From: an uncultured Candidatus Saccharibacteria bacterium
Lineage (GTDB): Bacteria; Patescibacteriota; Doudnabacteria; UBA920
Assembly (NCBI GenBank): GCA_964473815.1
Contig: CAYYQK010000002.1
Span: forward strand, 105,128-169,127
Direction of reading: 5' to 3'
DNA: 64,000 nucleotides
This document shows positions 36,802-47,362 of this stretch, piece by piece (positions within the stretch are counted from its first letter, which is position 1; every line of letters begins with the position of its first letter). The position numbers and the translations under genes were made by a program. The notes beneath the pieces were generated by a model that was given only the letters and a program-made list of their open reading frames with translations, made no database searches and was not told where the DNA came from.

Positions 36802-37197
36802 ATGCGCTGGTTTTTCTATACGGCAACTTTAATTTTAATTGACCAACTTTCTAAACTGGCAGCAGGTCATTTGGGTTGGTTGATTTTTTTGAATGATCAA
36901 TTTGCCTTTAGCTTGCCAGTTCCTGTTGCATTGATGTACGTAATTTATTTGGTTGTCTTAATCGCAATTTCTATTTACGTTTACAAAACCTGGATTCGAT
37001 TTGATGATTTACAAAAAACCGCTTGGGTGTTTGTATACGCCGGGGGATTGTCCAATGTGGTTGAAAGAATTTTCTTGGGTCACGTTCGAGATTTTATCCC
37101 GATCTTAAATGGCACGTTAAACCTTGCTGACTTTTTTATAATCTTTGGTTTACTTTTATTGCTGTACTCGCAACGCAAATCTTTATCAAAACTTTAG
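36802..37197 (+). CDS. lspA: lipoprotein signal peptidase (signal peptidase II)
   Basis: four TM helices, conserved GGLSNVVER and VRDFI motifs. Confidence 0.75.
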   Translation: MRWFFYTATLILIDQLSKLAAGHLGWLIFLNDQFAFSLPVPVALMYVIYLVVLIAISIYVYKTWIRFDDLQKTAWVFVYAGGLSNVVERIFLGHVRDFIPILNGTLNLADFFIIFGLLLLLYSQRKSLSKL

Positions 37198-37242
37198 AAA
37201 ATCTTTACGTGGAATTGAACTGCGCTTTGCTATGGTAACAGC

Positions 37243-38778
37243 ATGTCAGTTCAGCTAGGTGTGCAGAAAATATTTACCGCCACACTCGTTGGCATTAATG
37301 CTTCACTTGTTCAAGTCGAAGCGGATGTTAGTAATGGTTTACCAACAACAATTATCGTTGGTCTGCCTGATGCCGCAGTGCAGGAAAGTCGTGAGCGTGT
37401 ACGCTCGGCAATAAAACATTCCGGGTTTGGTTACCCGCAAACTAGAGTCTCTTTAAATTTGGCACCAGGCTCTTTGCCGAAAATTGGAACAGGGTTCGAC
37501 GTGCCCATCGCCGTGGCAATTTTGTTGGCCAGCGGTTTGGTATCACGGAAGTCTCTAGTGTTCGATTTAAACAAGCTATTGTTGGTTGGGGAGCTTTCTT
37601 TGGATGGAATAATCAAGCCTGTTAATGGGGTTTTGGCAATGGTTGAAGCGGCCCGCAATGCTGGTTTTGCTGCGGCAATTGTGCCGACCGAAAATATTCA
37701 TACCGCAAAATTGGTTCAGGGAATTCCAGTTTTCACAGCAAAAAATTTAATTGAATTAGTGCAGTTGTTAGTGACTGGTAATGAACATGGCGAGAAACCT
37801 GCTGCACCAGTTATTAATATCTCCAAAACAGTTTTTGATTTTGCCGAAATAGCCGGACAACAACACGCCAAGCGTGCGCTAGAAATTGCTGCAGCAGGTG
37901 GGCACAATATTCTAATGACCGGCCCACCAGGGAGCGGTAAGACGTTACTGGCCAGATCTCTCCCTGGAATATTGCCAGCTCTCGAGGCTGAGGAAATTTT
38001 AGAACTGACAAAAATTTATGACTCAGCAGGCAAACTCGAAATTAATTCAGGACAAAATTTACATCGTCCATTTCGTAATCCCCACCACACCACTTCAACG
38101 ATTGCGTTAATTGGTGGTGGAGCTATCCCAAGACCCGGTGAAATTACATTGGCTCATAGAGGCGTGTTGTTTTTAGACGAACTACCAGAATTTTCTCGCG
38201 CCGTGTTAGAAGTACTCCGCCAGCCACTGGAAGACAACTATGTAACAATTACCAGAGCAAGATACGTATATACTTTTCCGGCAAGCTTTATTTTGGTTGC
38301 AGCGCAAAATCCTTGTCCTTGTGGAAACTTTGGTCAGACATTGTTGCAATGTGATTGTCATCCCACGAGCATACAAAGGTACAAAAAGAAAATTTCCGGA
38401 CCATTGCTCGACCGAATCGATTTGCATATAACAGTGCCACGTCTTTCTTATGAAGAAATATCAGCAATAAGAAATTCCAAAACAGAGAACTCAAAACAAA
38501 TTCAAGTTCGTGTTACAAAAGCTCGCAGTGTGCAAACCAAACGGTTTAACGGAGCGAAAACTAATAACGAAATGTCACCTCAGCAATTAAAACAATTTTG
38601 CCAACTCGACTCAGTAAGCGAAGATTTGTTAAAACAAGCAGCTGACAAATATCAGTTGTCGGGCAGAACAATCCATCGAATAATAAAAGTAGCACGCACG
38701 ATTGCTGATTTATCAAATTGCAAAAACATAGAAATACAACATTTGACAGAAAGCCTGCAATATCGTGTAAGGGAGTAA
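37243..38778 (+). CDS. comM: YifB/ComM family Mg-chelatase-like AAA+ ATPase
   Basis: N-terminal Lon-like domain, Walker A GPPGSGKT, Walker B LFLDELPEF, C-terminal Mg_chelatase_C. Confidence 0.9.
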   Translation: MSVQLGVQKIFTATLVGINASLVQVEADVSNGLPTTIIVGLPDAAVQESRERVRSAIKHSGFGYPQTRVSLNLAPGSLPKIGTGFDVPIAVAILLASGLVSRKSLVFDLNKLLLVGELSLDGIIKPVNGVLAMVEAARNAGFAAAIVPTENIHTAKLVQGIPVFTAKNLIELVQLLVTGNEHGEKPAAPVINISKTVFDFAEIAGQQHAKRALEIAAAGGHNILMTGPPGSGKTLLARSLPGILPALEAEEILELTKIYDSAGKLEINSGQNLHRPFRNPHHTTSTIALIGGGAIPRPGEITLAHRGVLFLDELPEFSRAVLEVLRQPLEDNYVTITRARYVYTFPASFILVAAQNPCPCGNFGQTLLQCDCHPTSIQRYKKKISGPLLDRIDLHITVPRLSYEEISAIRNSKTENSKQIQVRVTKARSVQTKRFNGAKTNNEMSPQQLKQFCQLDSVSEDLLKQAADKYQLSGRTIHRIIKVARTIADLSNCKNIEIQHLTESLQYRVRE

Positions 38779-38821
38779 AAATTCCATTGCGATAGTGGAT
38801 TTTGCGTAGTATAATAGATTC

Positions 38822-39736
38822 ATGACAAAATCTCAGACAGGAGCCAAACCAAGAGTAAGAAAAGCAGTTATCCCGGTGGCTGGATTTGGTACTCGTTTCC
38901 TCCCCGCAACAAAAGCGCAGCCTAAGGAAATGTTGCCTTTGGTAGACAAACCGATCATCCAATATGTAGTAGAAGATGCCGTATCTGCAGGAATTGAAGA
39001 CATTATTCTCGTGACTGGTTGGCACAAGCGTAATATCGAAGACCACTTTGATTACCCGTTTGAACTTGAAAAACGTTTAGAAGAGGCCGGCAAACACTCC
39101 CAACTCGAAGAAATACGCAAAATTGCCAACATGGCGAATTTTTACTATGTTCGCCAAAAAGGCCCTTTGGGTAATGCCACTCCAATTTTGAACGCACGCC
39201 ACATGGTGGGCGATGAGCCATTTATCGTGCTCTGGGGAGATGATTTTATCGAAGCAACCCCTTCACGCTGCCAGCAATTAGTTGATGCTTACAATAATCT
39301 TGGCGGCAGCGCTATTTTAGGTTCGATCCGCTCAGACAAACCCGAAGATTACTCTCGTTACGCCTATGCGACTGGCAGCGAAGTTGAAGGCGGAATTAAA
39401 ATAGAAAATATTATCGAAAAGCCTGGCGCTGGAAAAATTGATTCTGACTATGCAATAGTTTCCGGTTCGCTTTATGGCCCAGAAATGTTTGACGCGTTGG
39501 AAGAGGCAACTAAGCGTCATGAGCAGCAGAACACCCCTGGTGAGTTGGTGTATGTAGACGCAGTAAAAATATTACTCGAACAAAACAAAGATTGTTATGC
39601 AGTAGAAATTAAGAATGGAAAATATTACGACTGCGGTAACAAACTGGAATACTTAAAAGCTGTAGTGGAATTTGGTTTGAAGCATGAAGAGTTAAAAACA
39701 GATTTTGCAACCTTCCTGAAAGAAATTTCGAAATAA
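38822..39736 (+). CDS. galU: UTP--glucose-1-phosphate uridylyltransferase
   Basis: AVIPVAGFGTRFLPATKAQPKEMLP N-terminal signature. Confidence 0.9.
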   Translation: MTKSQTGAKPRVRKAVIPVAGFGTRFLPATKAQPKEMLPLVDKPIIQYVVEDAVSAGIEDIILVTGWHKRNIEDHFDYPFELEKRLEEAGKHSQLEEIRKIANMANFYYVRQKGPLGNATPILNARHMVGDEPFIVLWGDDFIEATPSRCQQLVDAYNNLGGSAILGSIRSDKPEDYSRYAYATGSEVEGGIKIENIIEKPGAGKIDSDYAIVSGSLYGPEMFDALEEATKRHEQQNTPGELVYVDAVKILLEQNKDCYAVEIKNGKYYDCGNKLEYLKAVVEFGLKHEELKTDFATFLKEISK

Positions 39737-39774
39737 AATCGATACAAGAAAAATATAATTTTCAAAAAATAAAA

Positions 39775-41085
39775 ATGAAAATCAAAAACTTTTTTAACAA
39801 AATTAGTAAAGCGTTTGTACTAACTGCAATCGCTGCTTTGCCATTGTTGTCTTTGGGTTGTAATAGCTCTGGTCCCCAAACCGGCCCGGTTGTAATTAAC
39901 ATTTGGAAACCATTTGTGGATACTGACAAAATGGAAAGCATTATCAGCGCGTATCAGTCGAAGCATCCGACGGTAACAATCATGTACACCAAGAAAAACA
40001 TTGATAACTATCAAACTGATTTGTTAAATGCTTTGGCCGCCGGAAATGGACCAGATATTTTTTCCATCAACAATACTTGGGTTCCCCAGTACTTAGACAA
40101 AATTGTTCCTGCGCCGGAAAAAGTTTTTACTGTTAAAGATTATCATGACACCTTTGTTGACCCAATGTCATCCGACTTAATTCGTGACGGAAAAATTTAC
40201 GGCACTGCAATGTGGGTGGACTCACTCGGCCTCTACTATAATAAAGATTTGATGGGCACAGCCGGCATAGCAACTCCGCCAAAAACCTGGGATGAACTCG
40301 CTACAGACACACGCCGTATAGTTCGCCAGGATAGCAACGGTTACTTTGACCGCAGTGGCCCGGCTATGGGTACAAACAAAAATGTAAATCGTGGCACTGA
40401 TATTATTTATTTATTGATGCTTCAGGCTGGCGCGTTGCCTTGGTCTAGCGATGGTAGTACTCCGCAGTTCGGAAATGAAATTACTAAAAACGGTAATTCG
40501 TTTAACCCTGGTGAAAAAGCCGTAGAATTTTACACTTCGTTCTCTGACCCAAAGAGTGCTAACTACAGCTGGAATCAAGATAGCGACTATTCAATAGATG
40601 CTTTTGCCAATGGCCGCGCCGCATTCTTATATGGATATTCTTACACTCGTTCGCAAATCAATTCCAAAGCACCAAACTTAAATTATGATGTGGCGCCAGT
40701 GCCGCAATACAATTTAACTGATCCGACTGTAAATTACTCTAATTATTTCGCAGAAGTTGTTAGTAAGCAAAGTAAGAATCAGGCCGTGGCTTGGGACTTC
40801 TTAAAGTTTGCTACTAGCAAAGACGCTTTGGCTGGATACTATAAAGCAGACAAAGAACCATCTTCTCGCCGCGATTTGATAGAACTGCAAAGTAATGATC
40901 CGGAAATGGGCGTGTTTGCTCATGCCAATTTAACCGGTAAAACTTTTTACAAAGTAGATGAAGCGAAGTTTGATGCAATCATCGGCGATATGATCGATAA
41001 TATTGTACTTCGTGGTCAAACAATTGACCAGGCTGTTCAACGAGCACAGTCGCAGGCGAGTACGTTGTCATTAATTAGAACTTAA
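39775..41085 (+). CDS. extracellular solute-binding protein (ABC transporter, family 1, sugar-type) with lipoprotein-like signal (LGC)
   Basis: signal peptide + LSLGCNSS lipobox; SBP_bac_1-like pattern; no permease/ATPase genes adjacent. Confidence 0.7.
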   Translation: MKIKNFFNKISKAFVLTAIAALPLLSLGCNSSGPQTGPVVINIWKPFVDTDKMESIISAYQSKHPTVTIMYTKKNIDNYQTDLLNALAAGNGPDIFSINNTWVPQYLDKIVPAPEKVFTVKDYHDTFVDPMSSDLIRDGKIYGTAMWVDSLGLYYNKDLMGTAGIATPPKTWDELATDTRRIVRQDSNGYFDRSGPAMGTNKNVNRGTDIIYLLMLQAGALPWSSDGSTPQFGNEITKNGNSFNPGEKAVEFYTSFSDPKSANYSWNQDSDYSIDAFANGRAAFLYGYSYTRSQINSKAPNLNYDVAPVPQYNLTDPTVNYSNYFAEVVSKQSKNQAVAWDFLKFATSKDALAGYYKADKEPSSRRDLIELQSNDPEMGVFAHANLTGKTFYKVDEAKFDAIIGDMIDNIVLRGQTIDQAVQRAQSQASTLSLIRT

Positions 41086-41099
41086 GTTAATTCATTTTT

Positions 41100-41600
41100 A
41101 TGAACCGATTGTTTGCAAAAATTATTCTTGCTTCCGCATTAACTTTAGTTAGCGTTTTAGGTGTATCGATAGTCTCTTCTGCCCCACAAGTTTTTGCGCA
41201 AAACACGCAGCCTACTGACAAGCCAACCAATGGCGAAAAAGGTGGTTTTGTTCCTTGCGGTAATACTGCTGATAATCCTTGCACGGTCGGACATTTGTTT
41301 GCCGCGTTCGTTGTGATTGTGAATTACTTAATTAGTATGGCAGGTTTTGTAGCAGTATTCTTTATAGTGTTCGCGGGGTTGCAAATGGTTTCCTCGCAAG
41401 GACAAGAAAAACTTGCCGCATCAAAAAAAAGATTAACCGGCGCGATTACTGGTTTGGTTATAGTGGCGCTTGCTTTTGTATTAGCTAACGCATTATTCGC
41501 TGGAAGTCTAAGCGTGGGAGTAAAAGATGGCCCAAGCATTTTAGCAAATCCGCTCGACTATATTAGTAAAGCCGAGTTAAGTAATACAAATTCTAAGTAA
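41100..41600 (+). CDS. pilin-like small secreted protein, paralog 1 of 7 (signal peptide, Cys-containing N-domain, 2 TM, conserved Q/S-G-N/Q...K-K/G-R motif)
   Basis: architecture shared with six downstream genes; motif MVSSQGQEKLAASKKRLTGAITGLVIVALAF; resembles CPR T4SS-pilin/TrbC-like family. Confidence 0.6.
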   Translation: MNRLFAKIILASALTLVSVLGVSIVSSAPQVFAQNTQPTDKPTNGEKGGFVPCGNTADNPCTVGHLFAAFVVIVNYLISMAGFVAVFFIVFAGLQMVSSQGQEKLAASKKRLTGAITGLVIVALAFVLANALFAGSLSVGVKDGPSILANPLDYISKAELSNTNSK

Positions 41601-42044
41601 ATGAAATTCTTCTCAAAACTAAAATCCGTCATAACCATTCTAGGCTTTGCCGTTTTGTTGATGGTCTTTCTGAATCAGTTGGTCATATCTACACCACAGA
41701 CTTATGCTGCTAATAGCAACAGTAATACTGTAAAGGCCATTTTAGGAGCGAACGCCAATATCCCCGATGCAAAGGTCGTCACACCGGCAAAAATATCTAA
41801 CCCTGTTGGAACTGACTCATTGCTTGGAGTCGGGACTAAACTAATAAAATTCTTGCTGGGATTAATTGTTATCGTAGCGGTTATCGCTATTGTAATTGCT
41901 GGTTTTAGAATGATCACCGGCGGTGCGAACCCATCACAAATTGCCCAAGCTAAACGCGCAATTATTTGGGCGATTGTTGGGTTAGCAGTCGCATTATTCT
42001 CTTTTGCGATAATCGAAATGGTTAATACCTTTATAGCTAAATAG
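41601..42044 (+). CDS. pilin-like small secreted protein, paralog 2 of 7
   Basis: signal peptide; ITGGANPSQIAQAKRAIIWAIVGLAVALFSF C-terminal module. Confidence 0.6.
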   Translation: MKFFSKLKSVITILGFAVLLMVFLNQLVISTPQTYAANSNSNTVKAILGANANIPDAKVVTPAKISNPVGTDSLLGVGTKLIKFLLGLIVIVAVIAIVIAGFRMITGGANPSQIAQAKRAIIWAIVGLAVALFSFAIIEMVNTFIAK

Positions 42045-42045
42045 T

Positions 42046-42927
42046 ATGAAATTTTACAGGTTTACAAAATGGTTAGCTGTGGCTGAAATTATTATTTCGG
42101 TACTTTTTGTTGTAAATATAAACACTACTTTCGCTCAAACTACAAGTACAGCCCAGAATTCTTGTACAACCGCAACTTTAACTTTAATTAATAGCGCCAC
42201 AGGCCAAAAAGCAACAAGTCAAACGATTAAATCTTCTCAAGCAAGCAAGTACGGCCTTAGGGTAAATATTCATACGAACCCAGTTTGCACACCTACAAAC
42301 TTTAGTTTACTCGGAGCAACATATGAAGATGTAAATGGCTCGCACAGTACACCAGTTCAAACAGTTACATTTTGTAATGAGTGTAGTTATGGTGCCGGTG
42401 ATTTTCAGCAAGATACTCAAGCATTTGGCACGCCGAGTAACACGACTTATTCTTATAATTTACTAGTTAATACTAGTGTAAGCTCAGTAACTACTCATAT
42501 AAATGTAACTTTTACAGACGACAAAGGAAATATTAACAAAAATGGTATTGGTGGTAATTTGAATACTAATTCCCGTGGTGGTAGTAATGCCAACAACAGC
42601 AACACTCCACTTCCCGACGTAAACACTGGTGTGAGCGCGAACTTTAATACGAACTTTGATTCAACAATAAGTTTGTTTCCTAATCTTCTAAATATAGATT
42701 CTGTTCCGGCTTTAATTGCCGCGTTGGTAAAAATATTATTTACGCTCACGGGTTTAGTAGCTGTTGTGGTAATTATTATTGCCGGCTTCCGAATGGTGAT
42801 GTCGCAGGGTAATGAATCCGAAATTACCAAAGGAAAGAAAGCAATCACATGGGCCATTGCCGGATTAATAGTTTCGATTTTAGCATTTAGTATTGTCGCC
42901 ATCATACAAAGCATTATTAGAGGTTAA
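42046..42927 (+). CDS. pilin-like protein, paralog 3 of 7, with expanded Asn/Gly/Thr-rich variable domain
   Basis: signal peptide; long low-complexity middle; C-terminal MSQGNESEITKGKKAITWAIAGLIVSILAF module. Confidence 0.6.
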   Translation: MKFYRFTKWLAVAEIIISVLFVVNINTTFAQTTSTAQNSCTTATLTLINSATGQKATSQTIKSSQASKYGLRVNIHTNPVCTPTNFSLLGATYEDVNGSHSTPVQTVTFCNECSYGAGDFQQDTQAFGTPSNTTYSYNLLVNTSVSSVTTHINVTFTDDKGNINKNGIGGNLNTNSRGGSNANNSNTPLPDVNTGVSANFNTNFDSTISLFPNLLNIDSVPALIAALVKILFTLTGLVAVVVIIIAGFRMVMSQGNESEITKGKKAITWAIAGLIVSILAFSIVAIIQSIIRG

Positions 42928-42935
42928 ATAAAATA

Positions 42936-43346
42936 ATGAAAACCATTCAAAAATATTTTTTAGTAGTTCTGTCATCCGCTACTTTACTTCTGCCACACTT
43001 GGCATTAGCGCAAACTGCAAATAATCAAGGCACTTGCGCGGAATTGAAACAGCAATTTGATAACGCTGGCGGTACAAACGTAGTTGCTAGTGTGCCGTGG
43101 TACTGTTCCGTACCAGACGTTTATACTAAATTCATCAACGTGGCCATGTTCGCAGTTGGAATTGTAGCAGTGTTGGCTATTATTTATGGCGGTTATCTAT
43201 ATATGACAGCGCAAAGCAATGAAGCGCAAAGAAAAAAGGGACGCGACGTATTAACCTGGGCAGTAATCGGATTGGTTGTTGTCATTGCAGCCGCAGTAAT
43301 CGTTGATGTCGTTGTTAAGGGACTTGTTGAAAAATCGTTTGTATAA
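42936..43346 (+). CDS. pilin-like protein, paralog 4 of 7
   Basis: signal peptide; Cys pair; MTAQSNEAQRKKGRDVLTWAVIGLVVVIAA module. Confidence 0.6.
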   Translation: MKTIQKYFLVVLSSATLLLPHLALAQTANNQGTCAELKQQFDNAGGTNVVASVPWYCSVPDVYTKFINVAMFAVGIVAVLAIIYGGYLYMTAQSNEAQRKKGRDVLTWAVIGLVVVIAAAVIVDVVVKGLVEKSFV

Positions 43347-43408
43347 TCTGTGAGATATAGTAAAATAAAGCTAGGTTATTTAAAGCTTAAAACTTTTCCC
43401 GAAAGGCG

Positions 43409-43837
43409 GTGAAAACATTGAAACAAACCCTAAAAAAATTAAATTGGTTAGGAGTGGCTCAGGTAATTATGGTTGGTGCATTTATGTTGCTACCAGTAGT
43501 TCCTAGCGTTGCTCACGGTGCATTGGTTGATACTTTCGTAAACCAGTGTCCGGCTGATACCGGCGTTCGCTGTAGCGAAGGCAGTATCGCTTCCATCTTT
43601 AAATTGATCATCAGCTGGGCTTTGGCTATTGCTTTCATCGCTGCTGTAATCATGCTTATCGTTGGTGGTTTCCGTTACATCACTTCTGCTGGAAACACTG
43701 ATTCTGCTACCAAAGGTAAGACTGCGATCATCAACGCTTTGATTGGTATTGTAATTATCGTTTTGTCTTACATTATCGTTCAGATCGTTTACCGCTTCGT
43801 AGCTGGTACAGGCGGCGGCGGTGCACTTGGTCAATAA
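43409..43837 (+). CDS. pilin-like protein, paralog 5 of 7 (GTG start)
   Basis: GTG start with GAAAGG SD; ITSAGNTDSATKGKTAIINALIGIVIIVLSYIIVQIVYRF module nearly identical to paralog 6. Confidence 0.6.
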   Translation: MKTLKQTLKKLNWLGVAQVIMVGAFMLLPVVPSVAHGALVDTFVNQCPADTGVRCSEGSIASIFKLIISWALAIAFIAAVIMLIVGGFRYITSAGNTDSATKGKTAIINALIGIVIIVLSYIIVQIVYRFVAGTGGGGALGQ

Positions 43838-43949
43838 ACTTACTACAATTTCTTTTCCCGCATTGTTTTTATACTTGCGGGATAGTTCTGGGAACGAAAG
43901 TTAAGACTACTACTTTTGTTTCCAGAACTATTAAAAACATAAAAATCGA

Positions 43950-44369
43950 ATGACAAATAAAATTTTATCCCTAACAGTTTTGCTTAGCAGCGTAATGGTT
44001 GTTGTGATGGCTTTATTTGCACAGCCAGTTGGAGCTCAAGTAACCGGAGGCCCTGGCACCAGTACTGGTGGCGATCAGGTACAAAATGGTTTAGGAGTCG
44101 TTGGGCAGGCGTTCCCTTCAGGTGCTAAAGAACCTATTAGTGTTCCTGATTTTGTACACAAAATTATCAACTGGGCTTTATACATTGCCGCTATTGCAGC
44201 AGTGATCATGTTAATTGTCGGTGGATACTTTTACATTTTCTCTGCAGGTAACTCCGCAAATGCGACCAAAGGCCGAACCACTCTAGTAAATGCTCTTATC
44301 GGATTATCTGTTATCGTGTTGTCTTACATTATTGTTCAAGTAGTTTACAGATTCTTAGTAAGTCGTTAA
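43950..44369 (+). CDS. pilin-like protein, paralog 6 of 7
   Basis: FSAGNSANATKGRTTLVNALIGLSVIVLSYIIVQVVYRF module. Confidence 0.6.
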   Translation: MTNKILSLTVLLSSVMVVVMALFAQPVGAQVTGGPGTSTGGDQVQNGLGVVGQAFPSGAKEPISVPDFVHKIINWALYIAAIAAVIMLIVGGYFYIFSAGNSANATKGRTTLVNALIGLSVIVLSYIIVQVVYRFLVSR

Positions 44370-44382
44370 TTAATTTCGTTTT

Positions 44383-45207
44383 GTGAAATTACTTCAATCT
44401 ATAATTTCTAAAATTTCTATAACCATGCTGGCGACGTTCAGCATGGTTTTACTAGTACCAACCCCTGCTCAGGCACTGAACACTCCTTTCGTGGGGTGTA
44501 TTAATCATTCAACAGGTGATTTGTTTTTATACGATTCAGTGAAAGGTTGTCCAAATGGATTCGAGAGAAGTGAATACATGCGCTCTGATGCTGATGGTCA
44601 TGTGTTTACCGGCGTTTGTATTGTAAAAACTGGTAGCAGTTATGGCGGAATCGAAATTGGCCCGGATGGATTTGATGACTATATGCTTAATACAACAGGA
44701 GATAAATGTGAATCAGCCACCGGCCCTGCATGGCCATACCGGTCTTACGCTTCAATCAAAGCGTATGACGGCGGAGACGATAATGGCAATGGAAATGTAA
44801 ATATCAACACCAATACGAATAACAACACTGGTAGAGGCGGCGGGACTAATTCAAACAACAACGGTTCTTCAGCCCAAGTCCCTTGTGAAAATGAACCCGG
44901 GTTCCATAAAGTTGGACCTTTGTGTGTACCAAATAGTCCGGTATCAGATCCTAACGCAGTAGTAAACAAACATGATTTCCCAAGTTTGGCAGCGATGGTC
45001 ATTAAAATTCTTTTGTACTTTGCAGGAATTGTAGCCGTGATCTTTGCGATCATTGGTGGCTACCAAATTATGACCGCACAAGGAAATGCGGCACAGGCAA
45101 CTAATGGCCGTAAGACTTTAACGAATGCTTTGATTGGTTTGGGTATTGTAATTTTGGCCTATATCATTGTTCAGGCAGTAGTATCATTTTTAACAAAACC
45201 ATTGTAA
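44383..45207 (+). CDS. pilin-like protein, paralog 7 of 7, with Cys-rich and Asn/Gly-rich variable domain
   Basis: signal peptide; MTAQGNAAQATNGRKTLTNALIGLGIVILAYIIVQAV module. Confidence 0.6.
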   Translation: MKLLQSIISKISITMLATFSMVLLVPTPAQALNTPFVGCINHSTGDLFLYDSVKGCPNGFERSEYMRSDADGHVFTGVCIVKTGSSYGGIEIGPDGFDDYMLNTTGDKCESATGPAWPYRSYASIKAYDGGDDNGNGNVNINTNTNNNTGRGGGTNSNNNGSSAQVPCENEPGFHKVGPLCVPNSPVSDPNAVVNKHDFPSLAAMVIKILLYFAGIVAVIFAIIGGYQIMTAQGNAAQATNGRKTLTNALIGLGIVILAYIIVQAVVSFLTKPL

Positions 45208-45246
45208 AAGCTCTTCCCAAACAGGTTTTTATATCGTATAATTAAT

Positions 45247-45285
45247 AACCAGATGGCCCTTTTGGGTAAAATCTGGTTATTTTTG
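45247..45285 (+). terminator. rho-independent terminator after pilin-like array (accagat...atctggt + TTTTTG)
   Basis: 7-bp stem with structured loop then T-run. Confidence 0.5.
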
Positions 45286-45317
45286 AAATATTTTTGAGAT
45301 AACTAGCATATTATTAT

Positions 45318-45404
45318 GCCGGGGTGGCGAAATTGGCAGACGCACCAGCCTTAGGAGCTGGCGGGAGCAATCCTGTGGAGGTTCAAGTCCTCTCCCCGGC
45401 ACCA
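45318..45404 (+). tRNA. tRNA-Leu (TAG), long variable arm
   Basis: acceptor GCCGGGG/CCCCGGC, anticodon loop CTTAGGA, extra arm, T-loop GGTTCAAGTCC, CCA. Confidence 0.85.
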
Positions 45405-45449
45405 AATTGAAAACCGAACAAAGGAAAAGTTTGATAATTAAATTTTTGT

Positions 45450-47333
45450 ATGAGTAAAGTTATAAAAAATATTATTTTAATCCTTATTGGATTCTTGATT
45501 GTCTCAGTAGTTGTGGCTGCATTTACAACTCACAAAGAAACAAAGACTGTCCCATTGTCCGAAGTGGGTAATTTAGTCCGCGATGGAAAAGTCGATAGCT
45601 TGCAGGTTGGATCATCTTCTATTGAAGCGCAACTAAAAGACAGCAGCACAAAAGTGCAAGCTAACTTAGGTGTTAACACTGATATTCCAAAATATTTTGT
45701 AGACAGCGGTGTACCAGCTGACAAAGTTAATGCAGTAAAAATTGAATTTAAAAATCCGAGCACAGCATCGCAAGTTGCTGGTGCGATTTTGCCATTCCTA
45801 ATTCCGTTTATTTTAATCGCGTTATTTATTTACTTCCTGATGCGCCAAGTGCAAGGTTCCAACAATCGTGCCTTAACTTTTGGACAATCTACAGTACGTT
45901 TGTCTGATGAACAAAAAAATAAAGTTCGTTTTGATGATGTTGCTGGTGCAAAAGAAGCAAAGGAAGAGTTGTCCGAAATTGTTCAGTTCCTTCGTTACCC
46001 ACAAAAGTTTTTGTCGCTAGGTGCAAAGATTCCTAAAGGTGTTTTATTGTTAGGAAGTCCTGGTGTTGGTAAAACTATGCTTGCTCGCGCAGTTGCTGGG
46101 GAAGCGAATGTACCTTTCTTCCATATCTCAGGTTCTGAATTCGTGGAAATGTTTGTGGGTGTTGGTGCGTCACGTGTGCGTGACTTGTTTAAAAAAGCAA
46201 AACGCAATGCGCCTTGTATTGTATTCATAGATGAAATTGATGCAGTTGGTCGTCAGCGCGGAGCAGGGCTCGGCGGCGGCCACGACGAGCGCGAACAAAC
46301 TTTAAACCAAATCCTAGTCGAAATGGACGGCTTCGAAACAGACACAAACGTCATTGTCGTGGCCGCAACTAACCGCCCAGATGTTTTGGACCCAGCACTT
46401 CTTCGCCCTGGCCGTTTTGACCGTCAGGTTTACTTAAGTCTTCCAGACTTGAATGACCGCGAAGCAATTCTAAAAGTTCATGCTAAAGGCAAACCTTTTG
46501 CTGACCAGGTTAACTTTAAAAAAGTAGCCCAACGCACTCCTGGTTTTTCCGGAGCAGATTTGGCTAATCTTCTGAACGAAGGAGCCATCCTTGCTGCCCG
46601 TGAAGATAAAAAGACCATCGACAATAATGACTTAAAGGAAGCAATTGAAAAAGTTATCATGGGTCCTGCTCGCAAGAGTCACTTAATGTCTGAACAAGAA
46701 AAGAAGATCACCGCTTTCCACGAAGGTGGTCATGCATTGGTTGGTACTGTTATGCCTGATGCAGATCCAGTGCACAAAGTAACCATTCTTCCTCGTGGTC
46801 GTGCTGGCGGTTACACTTTGAATTTGCCGAACGAAGACCGTAACTATCACACCAAGTCTAGTTTCTTAGACCAAATTGCAATGGCAATGGGTGGATACGT
46901 TGCAGAAAAAGTTGTATTCAACGAATTAACAACCGGCGCTAGCAGCGACCTGGAAAAAGCTACTAAGATGGCACGCATGCTTGTAACTCAGTACGGTATG
47001 AGTGATGCGATCGGCCCAATCGTTTTAGGTGAAATCCATCAGAACGTTTTCTTGGGTCGCGACCTAGGCGAGCAAAAGAATTACAGTGAAGCCAGTGCTC
47101 AAAAAATTGATGACGAAGTGCGTCGTATTTTAGTTGAGGCAGAAACTCGCGCAACTAATGTAATCAATACTCATCGTTCACACTTAGACAAGATTGCAGA
47201 AGCTTTGCTTGAAAAAGAAAGTTTGGAACGCGAAGAATTTGCTGCAATCGTCGACGACATCATTCCTGAACATAAAAAAGAAACTCCTGAATTCACAGAT
47301 GTAACCGGAGAAATGGGCGCCGCCGCTGTATAG
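45450..47333 (+). CDS. ftsH: ATP-dependent zinc metalloprotease FtsH
   Basis: two N-terminal TM, AAA Walker [17 protein letters not shown] zinc motif. Confidence 0.95.
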   Translation: MSKVIKNIILILIGFLIVSVVVAAFTTHKETKTVPLSEVGNLVRDGKVDSLQVGSSSIEAQLKDSSTKVQANLGVNTDIPKYFVDSGVPADKVNAVKIEFKNPSTASQVAGAILPFLIPFILIALFIYFLMRQVQGSNNRALTFGQSTVRLSDEQKNKVRFDDVAGAKEAKEELSEIVQFLRYPQKFLSLGAKIPKGVLLLGSPGVGKTMLARAVAGEANVPFFHISGSEFVEMFVGVGASRVRDLFKKAKRNAPCIVFIDEIDAVGRQRGAGLGGGHDEREQTLNQILVEMDGFETDTNVIVVAATNRPDVLDPALLRPGRFDRQVYLSLPDLNDREAILKVHAKGKPFADQVNFKKVAQRTPGFSGADLANLLNEGAILAAREDKKTIDNNDLKEAIEKVIMGPARKSHLMSEQEKKITAFHEGGHALVGTVMPDADPVHKVTILPRGRAGGYTLNLPNEDRNYHTKSSFLDQIAMAMGGYVAEKVVFNELTTGASSDLEKATKMARMLVTQYGMSDAIGPIVLGEIHQNVFLGRDLGEQKNYSEASAQKIDDEVRRILVEAETRATNVINTHRSHLDKIAEALLEKESLEREEFAAIVDDIIPEHKKETPEFTDVTGEMGAAAV

Positions 47334-47362
47334 TTGAACGCTTAACTATTAAGTTCAGCGCA

